Origin: Candidatus Levyibacteriota bacterium
Lineage (GTDB): Bacteria; Patescibacteriota; Microgenomatia; Levybacterales; UBA12049
NCBI GenBank assembly: GCA_963790825.1
Contig: CAWBPM010000002.1
Location: 618,815-682,814, forward strand
Reading direction: 5' to 3'
Length of the DNA stretch: 64,000 nt
Shown here: in pieces, positions 27,327-37,405 of the stretch
How positions within the stretch are numbered: the stretch's first letter is position 1
Layout: every line of letters starts with the position of its first letter
Made by a program: the position numbers and the translations under genes
The notes under the pieces: model-generated
Told to the model about the DNA's origin: nothing
What the model saw: the letters and a program-made list of their open reading frames with translations, nothing else
Database searches by the model: none

Positions 27327-28406
27327 CTAGACGCTACTTTTTGTTGCTGCTTTCTTTGCTTTTTCTGTTTTGACTTTCACTGGTTTTGCAACTTTTTTTT
27401 CTTCTGCTTGCCCTGAGCGAGGTCGAAGGGTTTTCGCCTCTGGTTTTTTTACTGCCTCTTCGGCTTTTTTGGCTTCTTTGGTCTGCCCCACCTGCCCCGC
27501 GCTTTGCCCTTCCGACTTGTCCGGCGAAGCCTTGGCGGAGTTGGAAGCTTTCAGCGAAGGAGAAGAGTCTTGCTTGCCGGTCGAAGCCTTGCTTGCCGGT
27601 CGAAGCCTTGGCGGAGTCTGAGCGGAGTCTGGAGGAAGTGGGGAGCTTTGTTGAAGGGCTTTCTTCTCTGCTTCTAGGGCTGCTTTCGTTGCTTCCTCTT
27701 GTGCACTCTTTTTTCCTTCAATCCACGAATCTACGATATAACTCGTGATTAATTTGATTGAGCCAACTGCATCATCATTAGCGGGAATCGGATAATCAAT
27801 AATCGTCGGATCAGAGTTAGTATCGGTAATTCCGACTGTTGGTACATGCATTTTCCTGGCTTCCCGTACAGCCAAATCCTCAAGGTGCGTATCAATAATA
27901 AAAACCGCGTCAGGTGTATGAATCATTTCCGAAATTCCTCCATAGAAACTCAGTAATTTGGTTCTCTCTTTTTCCCACAGCGATACTTCTTTTTTGGTAT
28001 ATTTTGCTTTTTCCTCAGGGCTTTGCAGATTTTCTTCAAGTGTTTTCAACTTTTTAAAGTTTTTTAATACTTCAGAAAAATTGGTGAGGATACCGCCAAT
28101 CCAACGATTGGTAACGAAATATAAACCTGTTGCCCCTGCTTCATGTGCTCGTTTCGCTTCTTCCAAGACGATGCCTGCAGCCTGTCTCTTCGCGCCGAGC
28201 ATGATCATCGTGCCATCCTTTTTAGCGATACTTCTTACGAAGTTACCCGCCTCTTCGAGTCCTTCTTTAGTTTTGGCTAAATCGATAATGTGGATATTGT
28301 CGCGAGCTTCGAAAACAAAATCGCGGGACTTAGGATTTTGGCGAGTTACTTGGTGGCCAAAATGGCACCCAGCTTCAAGAAGTTCTTCAAGTGTAATTGT
28401 ACGCAT
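27327..28406 (-). CDS. rpsB: 30S ribosomal protein S2 with about 110-aa low-complexity Lys/Ala/Pro-rich C-terminal extension
   Basis: LLEAGCHFGHQ...VTNRWIGGILTNF, then a tail of KASTGKQDSSPSLKASNSAKASPDKSEGQ...KKAATKSSV containing tandem DNA duplications. Confidence 0.9.
   Translation of the reverse strand: MRTITLEELLEAGCHFGHQVTRQNPKSRDFVFEARDNIHIIDLAKTKEGLEEAGNFVRSIAKKDGTMIMLGAKRQAAGIVLEEAKRAHEAGATGLYFVTNRWIGGILTNFSEVLKNFKKLKTLEENLQSPEEKAKYTKKEVSLWEKERTKLLSFYGGISEMIHTPDAVFIIDTHLEDLAVREARKMHVPTVGITDTNSDPTIIDYPIPANDDAVGSIKLITSYIVDSWIEGKKSAQEEATKAALEAEKKALQQSSPLPPDSAQTPPRLRPASKASTGKQDSSPSLKASNSAKASPDKSEGQSAGQVGQTKEAKKAEEAVKKPEAKTLRPRSGQAEEKKVAKPVKVKTEKAKKAATKSSV
27573..27632. repeat. Tandem duplications inside rpsB tail: 19-bp unit CTTGCCGGTCGAAGCCTTG x2, followed by an approx. 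11-bp GCGGAGTCTG(A) x2
   Basis: Direct inspection. The 19 + 11 = 30 nt of duplicated sequence keeps the frame. Confidence 0.7.
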
Positions 28407-28561
28407 AATTTTGTGTCCCTTTTCCCTTCCGTAGCTTTAGCGTAGGAGGGTTTCCGCCATCTATCTATTTATTATTCAAGGACATCTGATAGATGTGAGA
28501 ATTTCTACTCAGTATTATAGTACAGGGCAAGTGGTATTGCAAGGGTAATAGTAATCGTTCC

Positions 28562-30034
28562 TTGTTGACATCTAAAGAAAGAAATATTTACAATAAAGAT
28601 AAGTGTACAATTTTTATTGTACAAATCCTAATGAAAATAAGAATAGAGAAAAAAGCTGTAGGAAGAAAGAGAAAGATAAATAGAAAAGATTCCCGGGGTG
28701 GCATAGGCATCGGCTATCCGCTTTTAATCCTTATCGGAATAACGATTCTTGCTTTTTTCTTAAGCGGTCTAAATTATAAGCCGCCTGTCTTAAATTCGCC
28801 GAGTAACGCCGCTCCTGACAGTTATACTTGCTGCGACACCGGGGACGGAGCAAATTGCCAGCCAATAACTACCAATACTATTTCATTTCACTCGCCATCT
28901 TATCAAGAAGGAACACCTCAATTCGGAACCACTTATGAATACCAGCTACTGAAAAGTAATGTCGCAATTCTTGAGCCAAGCCATTTACAGGATTCGGGAC
29001 AGATCGCCCCAGACGGTAATCATATTTTTTACAGCGATTCACAACTTACAGGTTATAACGGGAAACAATTCGGGACACCATCTGATCCTTCAAGCTGTAA
29101 TACTAAGACTCACACCCAAGATGTTGTAGGCGTCTGGGATCGAGTAAATAATGGATTGAGTTGGTGTGTAGGTTTTCCTGATGATGAAATTGTCTATGTC
29201 TGCCGTACTACCCCATTAAGTGATTGTTTAAAACCCGAAGGCACCGGCGTTTTTGACGCCTACTTCCGCGTAGCAGACGGTGCCGTTCCTACTGTTATTA
29301 GTAGTTGCGTGAAACCTACCGGTACATATAATTTAACAGCCAGTCCGCAAACAATTAGCTATCAAAATTACCCGAGCCCGGGAAAAAAGAATCTGCAGCT
29401 TGAGACCTTTACCGCATCGTTATCAGCTCCACAACAGCCGTGGATGTCTCCTTTCTGTAAACCGGCGGTTTATTTGTATCCTCCGGAAAAAACAGCCGTG
29501 AATGTGCAAATCGCACCACTTGGAAAACTTATACTCACCATTCCTACCTATCCTGATTCCGGTTGGAATGTTACTGCCTATCCTGACGGAAAAATCGTCG
29601 AGGGAAATTCTACTTATGACTATCTTTTTTACGAGGCTTCCATGCCCGATAGTCTCCTGAGTAATCCTATCAATGGTTACTCTGTCGCCTATGATAAATT
29701 GTCTGACTTTTTCCAAAATACCTTACCACAGTTAGGTCTCAATCAAAAAGAACAAGTACAATTTAGTGAGTATTGGCTGAAAGCCCTGCCCTACTCTCCC
29801 TATTATTTTGTCGGTGTAGAGCCGGAATCGCTCCTCAATGCCATTTCACCGTTAACGATAACGCCTAAGCCTGATACCACTATCCGTGTTGACCTATACT
29901 TCGAACCCTTTGATCATCCGGTTAGTTCGAACCCGCCGGCAAATTTACAAATCAAAAGATCCGGTTTCACCGTCGTTGAATGGGGAGGTTTATTTAAGAA
30001 AGATGTTCAGCATCCCTTCACCTGCTTAATGTAG
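28562..30034 (+). CDS. hypothetical secreted/membrane-anchored Cys-containing protein (likely start MKIRIEKK near 28634)
   Basis: N-terminal hydrophobic anchor GIGIGYPLLILIGITILAFFLSGL, then a 420-aa extracytoplasmic region with YTCCDTGDGANCQP and several Cys. No family recognised. Confidence 0.5.
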   Translation: MLTSKERNIYNKDKCTIFIVQILMKIRIEKKAVGRKRKINRKDSRGGIGIGYPLLILIGITILAFFLSGLNYKPPVLNSPSNAAPDSYTCCDTGDGANCQPITTNTISFHSPSYQEGTPQFGTTYEYQLLKSNVAILEPSHLQDSGQIAPDGNHIFYSDSQLTGYNGKQFGTPSDPSSCNTKTHTQDVVGVWDRVNNGLSWCVGFPDDEIVYVCRTTPLSDCLKPEGTGVFDAYFRVADGAVPTVISSCVKPTGTYNLTASPQTISYQNYPSPGKKNLQLETFTASLSAPQQPWMSPFCKPAVYLYPPEKTAVNVQIAPLGKLILTIPTYPDSGWNVTAYPDGKIVEGNSTYDYLFYEASMPDSLLSNPINGYSVAYDKLSDFFQNTLPQLGLNQKEQVQFSEYWLKALPYSPYYFVGVEPESLLNAISPLTITPKPDTTIRVDLYFEPFDHPVSSNPPANLQIKRSGFTVVEWGGLFKKDVQHPFTCLM

Positions 30035-30300
30035 TAATATAAATAAATTCTTCTATTGAGTTTCCTTTGTATTTTTTCGCAGTCATTCCCGCTCCAATCA
30101 AACATTCTTCCAGGCTTAATTCGCATTCCAAACGACGATTATTTTATAACATCAACGAAATTTAACGTCTTTCATAATAACTTTCAGATCTTTACTTGTG
30201 ATTTTGAATTTTAAATTTTAAATTTATTCGATAGGTCTCAAGAAAAAATGCAGAGGAAACGAAAATAATTAGGTTAATTTTTAATTTTGAATTTTAAATT
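30029..30300. repeat. Mosaic intergenic repeat, copy B (module 1 at 30046-30082, D-like module at 30082-30099, module 2 at 30232-30274, TRAATTY heptamers at 30197-30225 and 30276-30300)
   Basis: Module 2 is 36/36 identical to 24070-24105. Module 1 is about 90% identical to 23951-23989. Confidence 0.7.
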
Positions 30301-30303
30301 CTC

Positions 30304-31632
30304 TTACGGTAGCGGAAATCCTGCAGTAAATGCCTTCACTTCTTTCGCAATTTTTGTTAAATTTTTATTATTGGCGATTTTTTTCCGATATTCCTTCATA
30401 AGTAGACTTCTTTTCTGTTTATCGTCTTTTGGCAGTATCATTCCTTCTACCTCCGCAATTACCAGGTCGTACCATTTGGCGATTTTTTTCATGTCTTTTT
30501 CTTTCATTCCCCTAGTCGTAATTGCCGGAGTCCCGAGTCTGATTCCCGAAGCAAAAAGCGGCGGCATATTGTCTCCCGGTACCCCGTTATAATTAAGGAC
30601 AATCCCCGCTTTTTCGAGTGCTATTGCCCCGACTCTGCCGTTTACTTTTTTATTTCGAAGATCAATGAGAATAAGATGATTATCTGTTCCGCTGCTAACC
30701 AAATCAAATTTTAGCGCTGTTAATTCTAAAGCGAGTGCTTTCGCGTTTTTCACAATCTGCTTATTATATTTTCTAAAACTCGCTGAGTCCGCTTCTTTCA
30801 AAGCAACTGCGATTGCTGCTGTTTGATTATCATGTGGTCCACCCTGAAGTCCGGGAATAATCGCTGTTTCCAATTTAGCCGGTAAATCGGGCATCTTCCG
30901 AAGTCCTTTTTCAGTCACCATAATTATTGCACCCCTCGGCCCCCGAAGCGTTTTATGTGTCGTCGTCGTAATGATGTCGACAAATGGCACAGGACTGGGA
31001 TGCACGCCTGCCAGAATCAAACCGGTGATATGTGAAATATCTGCCATCAGAAAACAGCCGGCTTTCTCGGCTATTTTTCCAAATTTCTCAAAATCAATAA
31101 CTCTCGGATACGCGGTAAATCCGCAGATGAGAAGTTTTGGTTTTTCTGCCAGAACCTGTTTTTCAATAAGATCATAATCTAATAGATTATCTTTTCCAAG
31201 CTTATAATGTACTGCTGTAAAAAACCTGCCGGACAAACCTAACTTATGTCCATGTGTTATATGTCCCCCGCTGGCTAAATCCAATCCCATCAACTTCTCT
31301 CCATTTTGCAAGAGTGCAAAATAGACTGCAGAATTTGCCGGTGATCCGGAAAGCGGCTGGACATTGACATACGGTACGCCAAATAGTTTCTTTGCCCGTT
31401 CTTGCGTTAGAAGTTCGACGCTGTCAATAACTGCATTTCCCTGGTAGTAACGTTTATTGGGAAAACCTTCAGAATATTTATTAGTCAAAACCGAACCGAG
31501 TGCTTCCATGACAGCTTGTGAAGTGTAATTTTCCGAGGGAATCATTTCTAAGACTTCTTTTTGCCGTTTTTCTTCTTGCCGGATAAGGATGTAAATCGCG
31601 GGATCAGTCTTCTTTAAACGCTTCATTATCAC
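30304..31632 (-). CDS. glyA: serine hydroxymethyltransferase
   Basis: PLP-lysine motif TTTTHKTLRGPRGA, GGHITHG, 442 aa. Confidence 0.9.
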   Translation of the reverse strand: MIMKRLKKTDPAIYILIRQEEKRQKEVLEMIPSENYTSQAVMEALGSVLTNKYSEGFPNKRYYQGNAVIDSVELLTQERAKKLFGVPYVNVQPLSGSPANSAVYFALLQNGEKLMGLDLASGGHITHGHKLGLSGRFFTAVHYKLGKDNLLDYDLIEKQVLAEKPKLLICGFTAYPRVIDFEKFGKIAEKAGCFLMADISHITGLILAGVHPSPVPFVDIITTTTHKTLRGPRGAIIMVTEKGLRKMPDLPAKLETAIIPGLQGGPHDNQTAAIAVALKEADSASFRKYNKQIVKNAKALALELTALKFDLVSSGTDNHLILIDLRNKKVNGRVGAIALEKAGIVLNYNGVPGDNMPPLFASGIRLGTPAITTRGMKEKDMKKIAKWYDLVIAEVEGMILPKDDKQKRSLLMKEYRKKIANNKNLTKIAKEVKAFTAGFPLP

Positions 31633-31676
31633 ATGAGCAGTATATAAATTATCATCTAAACTCGCAAGTGGGAAAT

Positions 31677-32015
31677 TTAATCATCTATCAGTTCGATTCG
31701 CGGTCCACACTCAGATTCAAAATAAGAATCCCCATCATCGTATGAAAGCATAACAGTGTAGATATCTCTGCTTCTTTGAACTAATTTTTGACGTATTTCG
31801 GGATCTTCAACTGGTTTGTATCCGCCGGTCAAAATTAAAAACAGTTCGCTGCGTTCATATTCGCCAGGATTAAGACGCATTTTATTCCGTTCTGGAATCT
31901 GGAAACATTGATAATCCGGCTGCCACCATCTGCGAAGTGTTCGCAAAATTCTTCTCGCTTCCGGATCTTGTGTTTTGGGTATTTGCCCATGTGTTACTTC
32001 TCGTTCGTGAGGCAT
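31677..32015 (-). CDS. hypothetical protein (112 aa)
   Basis: ORF track; first of three co-oriented unknown genes. Confidence 0.4.
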   Translation of the reverse strand: MPHEREVTHGQIPKTQDPEARRILRTLRRWWQPDYQCFQIPERNKMRLNPGEYERSELFLILTGGYKPVEDPEIRQKLVQRSRDIYTVMLSYDDGDSYFESECGPRIELIDD

Positions 32016-32022
32016 GGTAGAA

Positions 32023-32415
32023 TTATTTTCCTACAGGCGCGGGGAATATTGCTACGACTGGAAGATGAAGCAACTCCGGATCTCTTTCTGCTACAATTCC
32101 TGCTACTTGCCTTGCACGTTCCAATGTCCCCCGTCTGGTTGATTCAACTTCTAAAGGTTTAATAGTACCCAAATTTTTACTGAAAGGAGAACGTGATACT
32201 GGGTCTCCGATGTACCGCGTTACAGAATATTCACGTTCTCCGTCATATGTTGCATCAACTTCGAAATGGCTTGAGTTTCTGAGTCTTTCAGCTTCTTCCG
32301 CAGATAATTGTCTCTCAACTTCGCCGGTTTTTAAACTAACTTTCTCCACAGAGCCGACATCTCTCCCCATTTTGTTATAATGACTGATGTAATATTCTGT
32401 ATCTTTACGTACCAT
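32023..32415 (-). CDS. hypothetical protein (130 aa)
   Basis: ORF track. Confidence 0.4.
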   Translation of the reverse strand: MVRKDTEYYISHYNKMGRDVGSVEKVSLKTGEVERQLSAEEAERLRNSSHFEVDATYDGEREYSVTRYIGDPVSRSPFSKNLGTIKPLEVESTRRGTLERARQVAGIVAERDPELLHLPVVAIFPAPVGK

Positions 32416-32448
32416 ATATTTTTTCTCGAATTGTCTTATTGTCTTTGC

Positions 32449-33105
32449 TTAGAGTTTGCTGAATTTGACGCTGAGTTCTGCTGCCAAGCCTTTAGGTTCT
32501 TCATAAAAACTGCCAAGTTCCTTTACTACAGGAGGTGTATCTACCAAGGAGATTCCTGTTATATGGTTATTTTCAAAAGTCACGGCCGTACTTTCTACTA
32601 CTACATGTCTACCGGAAAAATTTTTAATGCGAACATAATTAGCTGAAAAAACTTCTGTCAGGTCAGGATTAACATTTACCTGCAGAGAAGAATCTTCACG
32701 TACGTTACCCACTTCGTGATATCCTTCATGAAATCTTGTTAACATATAATCACCGATTTCAACTCCATCATTATCCGACCAATAACTACCATCCTGATCT
32801 CCACCCGACCCGAACACAACTTTCCCTTCCCATTTTCCTCCTCTTTGTTCCTGCATTCTTTTCATTTCAGCGACTTCTTCTCGGCAGATTTCTAAAAGCA
32901 TAGCGCTCGCTTTACTGCTTCCTGAATCAACCTCCTGCTCACTGACACCTCGTTTTGCCAAATCTTTTACTCTACGCAGTACGCCCAATGTAGTATCTGG
33001 ATAATATTCTTTCTCAACTTTTTGAGGAGTTTCGCTGGGCTGTGGCTGAGGGGTCGGTAAAACTTCTTGTTGCTTTGGTTTTCTAAGTCTTTCTAATATT
33101 GACAT
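32449..33105 (-). CDS. hypothetical protein (218 aa)
   Basis: ORF track. Confidence 0.4.
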   Translation of the reverse strand: MSILERLRKPKQQEVLPTPQPQPSETPQKVEKEYYPDTTLGVLRRVKDLAKRGVSEQEVDSGSSKASAMLLEICREEVAEMKRMQEQRGGKWEGKVVFGSGGDQDGSYWSDNDGVEIGDYMLTRFHEGYHEVGNVREDSSLQVNVNPDLTEVFSANYVRIKNFSGRHVVVESTAVTFENNHITGISLVDTPPVVKELGSFYEEPKGLAAELSVKFSKL

Positions 33106-33350
33106 ATAAATCCAATAATAGTCGCGATTTTATTCGTAAGCTATTGTTTTGTCAAGCGGTAAAAAATCCTCATTCGCTTTTTTCTCTTCCAGTTGGAGTA
33201 TTCTCATTTGCGGCTGTTGTTTCATGAGCGTTTCAAGTGTAGTCATTTATGAGATCAACACAAGATCGAGTCGAGGACTGGATTTTACCAAGCTTGCCAA
33301 AATTTGGATTTTTAAGTAAATAAGCGTTTACGACTGATATAATAAGTACT

Positions 33351-34304
33351 ATGCGAGGTAATCTGAAAGCATTCGAAATAAAGGTAAATGGAAAGATCTT
33401 GGATTATCGTCTGGGAGAAAATTTAGATTTGGAAGCAGTTAAAGCATTCTTCGCAAAAAAATACACAGTAAAAAAATTGTGGTATGGAGGAAGACACGTC
33501 CTGGGTATTCTTGTTAAAGACGATAAAGAATTATTTTTAAAACTTGCTACCAGCGAAGGAATTGGTGAAATAACCAAGGTTGAATATAAATGGAACGAAG
33601 AGTTTAATAACCTTCTTCCGCGCCGGACGACAGATTTTTATGTTCCGCAAAATCAGGACAGCGGTATGTACAATGATAATTTATTTTTCCTAATCACCGA
33701 TATTTTGCAGGGAGAAATGCTTGCCAATAGACCTGAAAAAACAACTGCGTCCCGAGTGCTTCAAAAATATCTGCCCCGGGTAATTGATTTCTCAGAGGCA
33801 ATTCAAAATTTGAAGATAAATAAATTGTCCGGAAGAGAGGATTCTCCTTTTCATGACTTGTTCCTTACGAAAACTAAGTCTTGGTTTGAGTCTATCCCAC
33901 AAGAAATTACCGCCAGACATAATCTCGATAAATTGCTGGAGATTATAGAAGGCGGGACTCTGCTGCTTGAAAAACGACCCCGACACGGAGATTTTACCCC
34001 CTGGCATCTGATAAAACTCGACTCAGGAAAACTTGGTCTCATAGATGGAGAGCACGCACTTGCAAATGGCGTTGAATATTATGACATCGGTTATTTCAGC
34101 CAAAGAGTATTTTGCGTACTGGAAAATCCCGGTCTTGCACAAAGCATCCTGAACCTCTTACTACAAAGAAAATACGATATGGATAAAATAAGAATTATCC
34201 TCCTAGCCCGGGTAATTGGCGGATTCCTCGACGAATCCCTAAAAGACCGGCCAAACTATCTGCTGCATGATAGTTTTAAAAATTGGACAATCAATCTAAG
34301 ATAA
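33351..34304 (+). CDS. phosphotransferase-family kinase (APH/choline-kinase-like fold)
   Basis: HGDFTPWHL catalytic-loop-like motif and a downstream IDGEHA (D.E) motif, 317 aa. Confidence 0.45.
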   Translation: MRGNLKAFEIKVNGKILDYRLGENLDLEAVKAFFAKKYTVKKLWYGGRHVLGILVKDDKELFLKLATSEGIGEITKVEYKWNEEFNNLLPRRTTDFYVPQNQDSGMYNDNLFFLITDILQGEMLANRPEKTTASRVLQKYLPRVIDFSEAIQNLKINKLSGREDSPFHDLFLTKTKSWFESIPQEITARHNLDKLLEIIEGGTLLLEKRPRHGDFTPWHLIKLDSGKLGLIDGEHALANGVEYYDIGYFSQRVFCVLENPGLAQSILNLLLQRKYDMDKIRIILLARVIGGFLDESLKDRPNYLLHDSFKNWTINLR

Positions 34305-34346
34305 TCATTGATTTTACGCTCATTCTACCTATAATAGAATATACCT

Positions 34347-36104
34347 ATGGAACAGAAAATTCCCAAAAATCCAATTTCCTTTGGACTATTTATCACGAAG
34401 ACCTATAAAAAATGGGCAGTCTATTCGTTCTTTTTCGTCTTTCTGGCAACGACTCTTGGGCAGCTGAATGTCGTTGTACTGCAAAAACTGACCAATGCGC
34501 TTATCGCTCGCCCGCTTAATATAGATACTGTCTGGTTATGGGTACTTATTCTCCCGGTGAATTTTTTTATTGCTGAAAATCTTTGGCGGGCAAGCGGATT
34601 TAGTGGTCTGAGATGGATCATGAATACCCGTTCTGCTATCTACCAAACACTCTATGAATATGTAAGTTTGCATAGTAAGGATTACTTTAGTGACCGGTTT
34701 GCCGGTTCCCTCACTAATAAAATCTCCAATGCTGTCGATGGCATTGATTCGCTTTTCTCGCAATTTTTGTGGGAATTTTTTCCACTCATCCTGGGACTTA
34801 TCCTCTACATAATTATTGCTTGGATCAGCAGTAGTTTGCTTGGACTCATCCTACTCCTCTGGTCCATACTTTTTATTTTGGTCAACATGTGGTTTGCCGG
34901 AAAATTACAGCCTCGCTCGATACGAGCTGCAGATGCCTTGTCTACTTTAAAAGGCAGAGTTGTCGATTCCTTAAACAATATCTCACTTGTCCATGAGTAT
35001 GCCAACGTCTCAGGTGAGAGAGAGTACATCAGAAAATATGTTACTCACTCCCAGGATACCGGCAGTGCTGCCTGGCGAATGAGCGAATGGCTTCTTTTTA
35101 CCAACGGCATTCTGCTTTTTATTTTTATGTTTTTGATGCTTGATACATCAATGTACCTTTTTGAAAATAAATTGCTCACGGTTGGCGTCATTGTCATGAT
35201 AATTACCATGGTCGGAAATCTTGCGAATCAATTGCTTTTTCTCGGCCAGGGCATGCGAAATGCAGTAAAATATTACGGCCAAGTGGCAGAAGGTCTAGAG
35301 GAGATACTGAAGAAACATCTGATCGTCGACTCTCCCGATGCCTTAGATATCACATTGACCCGGGGCAATATCATTTTTACCTCAGTAGATTTTGAGTATG
35401 AAAGCTCCGGCGTCTTTAAAAACTTTTCACTCTCAATTCCTGCCGGGCAAAAAATCGGCTTAGTCGGTAAAAGCGGAGCCGGGAAAACCACATTCGTTTC
35501 CCTTCTTCTCAGACATTTCGATGTCAGGTCTGGTGAAATTACAATTGATGGACACAACATTCAGGCAATTACGCTTGAAAGTCTGCGCCGTGGGGTTGCC
35601 TTCGTCCCCCAGGACACCAGCCTTTTCCATAGAAGTATCCGCGAGAATATTAGCTACGGCAGTCCTGATGCGACCCCTGAACAAATAAAAAAAGCGGCAA
35701 TCCAAGCCCAGGCAGATGGATTTATTGAAAATCTTCCCGACAAATATGAATCCCTTGTCGGCGAACGCGGAGTAAAACTCTCAGGCGGTCAGCGTCAGCG
35801 TATCGCAATTGCCCGGGCATTTCTGAAAAATGCGCCGATTTTGGTTCTTGACGAAGCAACCAGCAGTCTCGATACTGAAAGCGAACAAGCCATCCAGGAA
35901 TCGCTCGAGACACTTATGCAGGGACGTACTGTCATTGCCATTGCCCATCGTCTCTCAACCCTTAAAAAAATGAACCGGATTGTTGTCATTGAATTAGGCA
36001 GAATTGTAGAAGACGGCGATCCGCAAAATTTGTTGCAAAAGCCGGATAGTGTCTTTAAGAAAATGTGGAACAACCAAGTCCGCGGCTTCCTCGTAGACGA
36101 GTAA
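34347..36104 (+). CDS. ABC transporter, fused permease/ATPase exporter (MsbA-like)
   Basis: Six N-terminal TM helices, Walker A GKSGAGKTT, ABC signature LSGGQRQRIAIARA, Walker B ILVLDEATS, H-loop AIAHRL. Confidence 0.9.
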   Translation: MEQKIPKNPISFGLFITKTYKKWAVYSFFFVFLATTLGQLNVVVLQKLTNALIARPLNIDTVWLWVLILPVNFFIAENLWRASGFSGLRWIMNTRSAIYQTLYEYVSLHSKDYFSDRFAGSLTNKISNAVDGIDSLFSQFLWEFFPLILGLILYIIIAWISSSLLGLILLLWSILFILVNMWFAGKLQPRSIRAADALSTLKGRVVDSLNNISLVHEYANVSGEREYIRKYVTHSQDTGSAAWRMSEWLLFTNGILLFIFMFLMLDTSMYLFENKLLTVGVIVMIITMVGNLANQLLFLGQGMRNAVKYYGQVAEGLEEILKKHLIVDSPDALDITLTRGNIIFTSVDFEYESSGVFKNFSLSIPAGQKIGLVGKSGAGKTTFVSLLLRHFDVRSGEITIDGHNIQAITLESLRRGVAFVPQDTSLFHRSIRENISYGSPDATPEQIKKAAIQAQADGFIENLPDKYESLVGERGVKLSGGQRQRIAIARAFLKNAPILVLDEATSSLDTESEQAIQESLETLMQGRTVIAIAHRLSTLKKMNRIVVIELGRIVEDGDPQNLLQKPDSVFKKMWNNQVRGFLVDE

Positions 36105-36124
36105 TCTTTATTATAAAATCTAAC

Positions 36125-37219
36125 CTACTTAGATAAAATCTGCTCGGAGAGTTTTAATATTTTAATTAACCTCTTAACATCCGAGATCTGGTGTGCCGGA
36201 AAATTGGCGATCCGGATATGCTCATCTTTATACTTTCCGTATCCTGAGCCGACAATCATTCCATGCTTTGCCAATAATTTCAGCACTTCTTTACTCTTCC
36301 CTTTCACATCAATAACAATCGTCGTTTTCGATCTGAACCTTTTATCTTTCACCAGAGGCGTAAATTCTTTCTGCCGGTCAAAAAAATCATAAATTAATGC
36401 CGCTTTTTCTTCTGTTTCTTGACGAATTTTATCAATTCCGTATGCTTGCATATCCGCTATTACTTTTCCCAAAAGATAAATAGCAAAAACATTGGGAGTC
36501 TCGGGTGTTTGGAATAGATTTTCTTCTTGCAAAAGATTTAAGAAACTATGATAGCTGCCGATACTTTTCCCCTTACTTACAATATTTTTTGCTTTCTCAA
36601 TTGCCCGGTCATTAACTACCAGAACCGCCAGTCCTGCCGGCAAACCAAATCCTTTCTGGACTGAGAAAAATCCGACGTCAATTTGGGAAAAATCCATTTC
36701 CTGCGCCGGAACTGACGAAACCATATCCACCGCAATGAGTCCGTCCGGATGCCGTTCGCGCAAGCAATAAATTTCGTTATTGGAAATTGCCACGCCGCTT
36801 GAGGTTTCATTATGAGTAACCGCAATCAGTTCCGAAGTTTTAGGAATTTTTAATTCTGCAATTTCACAACCGTATCCATGAACAGCTTCTACTTTTACCG
36901 CATTTTTTTTATAGTCCACTGCTGTTTGATAAAACTTGCTGCCGAAAATTCCGTGCACAATATGGAAACTGGTTTTATCAACACAATTTTGAATTACCCG
37001 CTCCATATTTTCCTGAGAAGAACCGGTAAAGAAAATATGATAAGTCTTAGGAATATCCAGAAGTTTCCTTAGATTTTCAGCTGTGGTACGGTAAATGTCG
37101 CGAAACTTTTCGCTCCGGTGAGAAAGCGACGGAATATCTTCTTTTAACCCTTCCAGAATATGTTTCTCAACTGTCGGATAAAGTTGAGACGGCCCAACGG
37201 TGAAATAAATATTTTTCAT
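36125..37219 (-). CDS. serC: phosphoserine aminotransferase
   Basis: FTVGPSQLYPTV, THNETSSGV, SVQKGFGLPAGLAVLVV (PLP-Lys region), TPETPNVFAIYLLG. 364 aa. Confidence 0.8.
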   Translation of the reverse strand: MKNIYFTVGPSQLYPTVEKHILEGLKEDIPSLSHRSEKFRDIYRTTAENLRKLLDIPKTYHIFFTGSSQENMERVIQNCVDKTSFHIVHGIFGSKFYQTAVDYKKNAVKVEAVHGYGCEIAELKIPKTSELIAVTHNETSSGVAISNNEIYCLRERHPDGLIAVDMVSSVPAQEMDFSQIDVGFFSVQKGFGLPAGLAVLVVNDRAIEKAKNIVSKGKSIGSYHSFLNLLQEENLFQTPETPNVFAIYLLGKVIADMQAYGIDKIRQETEEKAALIYDFFDRQKEFTPLVKDKRFRSKTTIVIDVKGKSKEVLKLLAKHGMIVGSGYGKYKDEHIRIANFPAHQISDVKRLIKILKLSEQILSK

Positions 37220-37405
37220 AAATATGTTGGTCCTGCTATTATATTAAATTTTTGCCCAACGGTAAATCACGTTGTAGTTACATCAGCACATGATTTTCCT
37301 TTACGTTTTAACAATTTAAGAATTCAACTATCCGCATAATACTTAATACCAATTTCAATTCGCAATTTGATAACTAGCAATTTTCAATTTACTAGTCCCT
37401 ATACC

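Noticed and set aside
27370-28434. Plus-strand ORFs overlapping rpsB (27370-27621, 27386-27748, 27958-28434)
   Set aside because: They are antisense to a strongly conserved ribosomal protein gene and are produced by the low-complexity, repeat-containing tail. There is no supporting start context.
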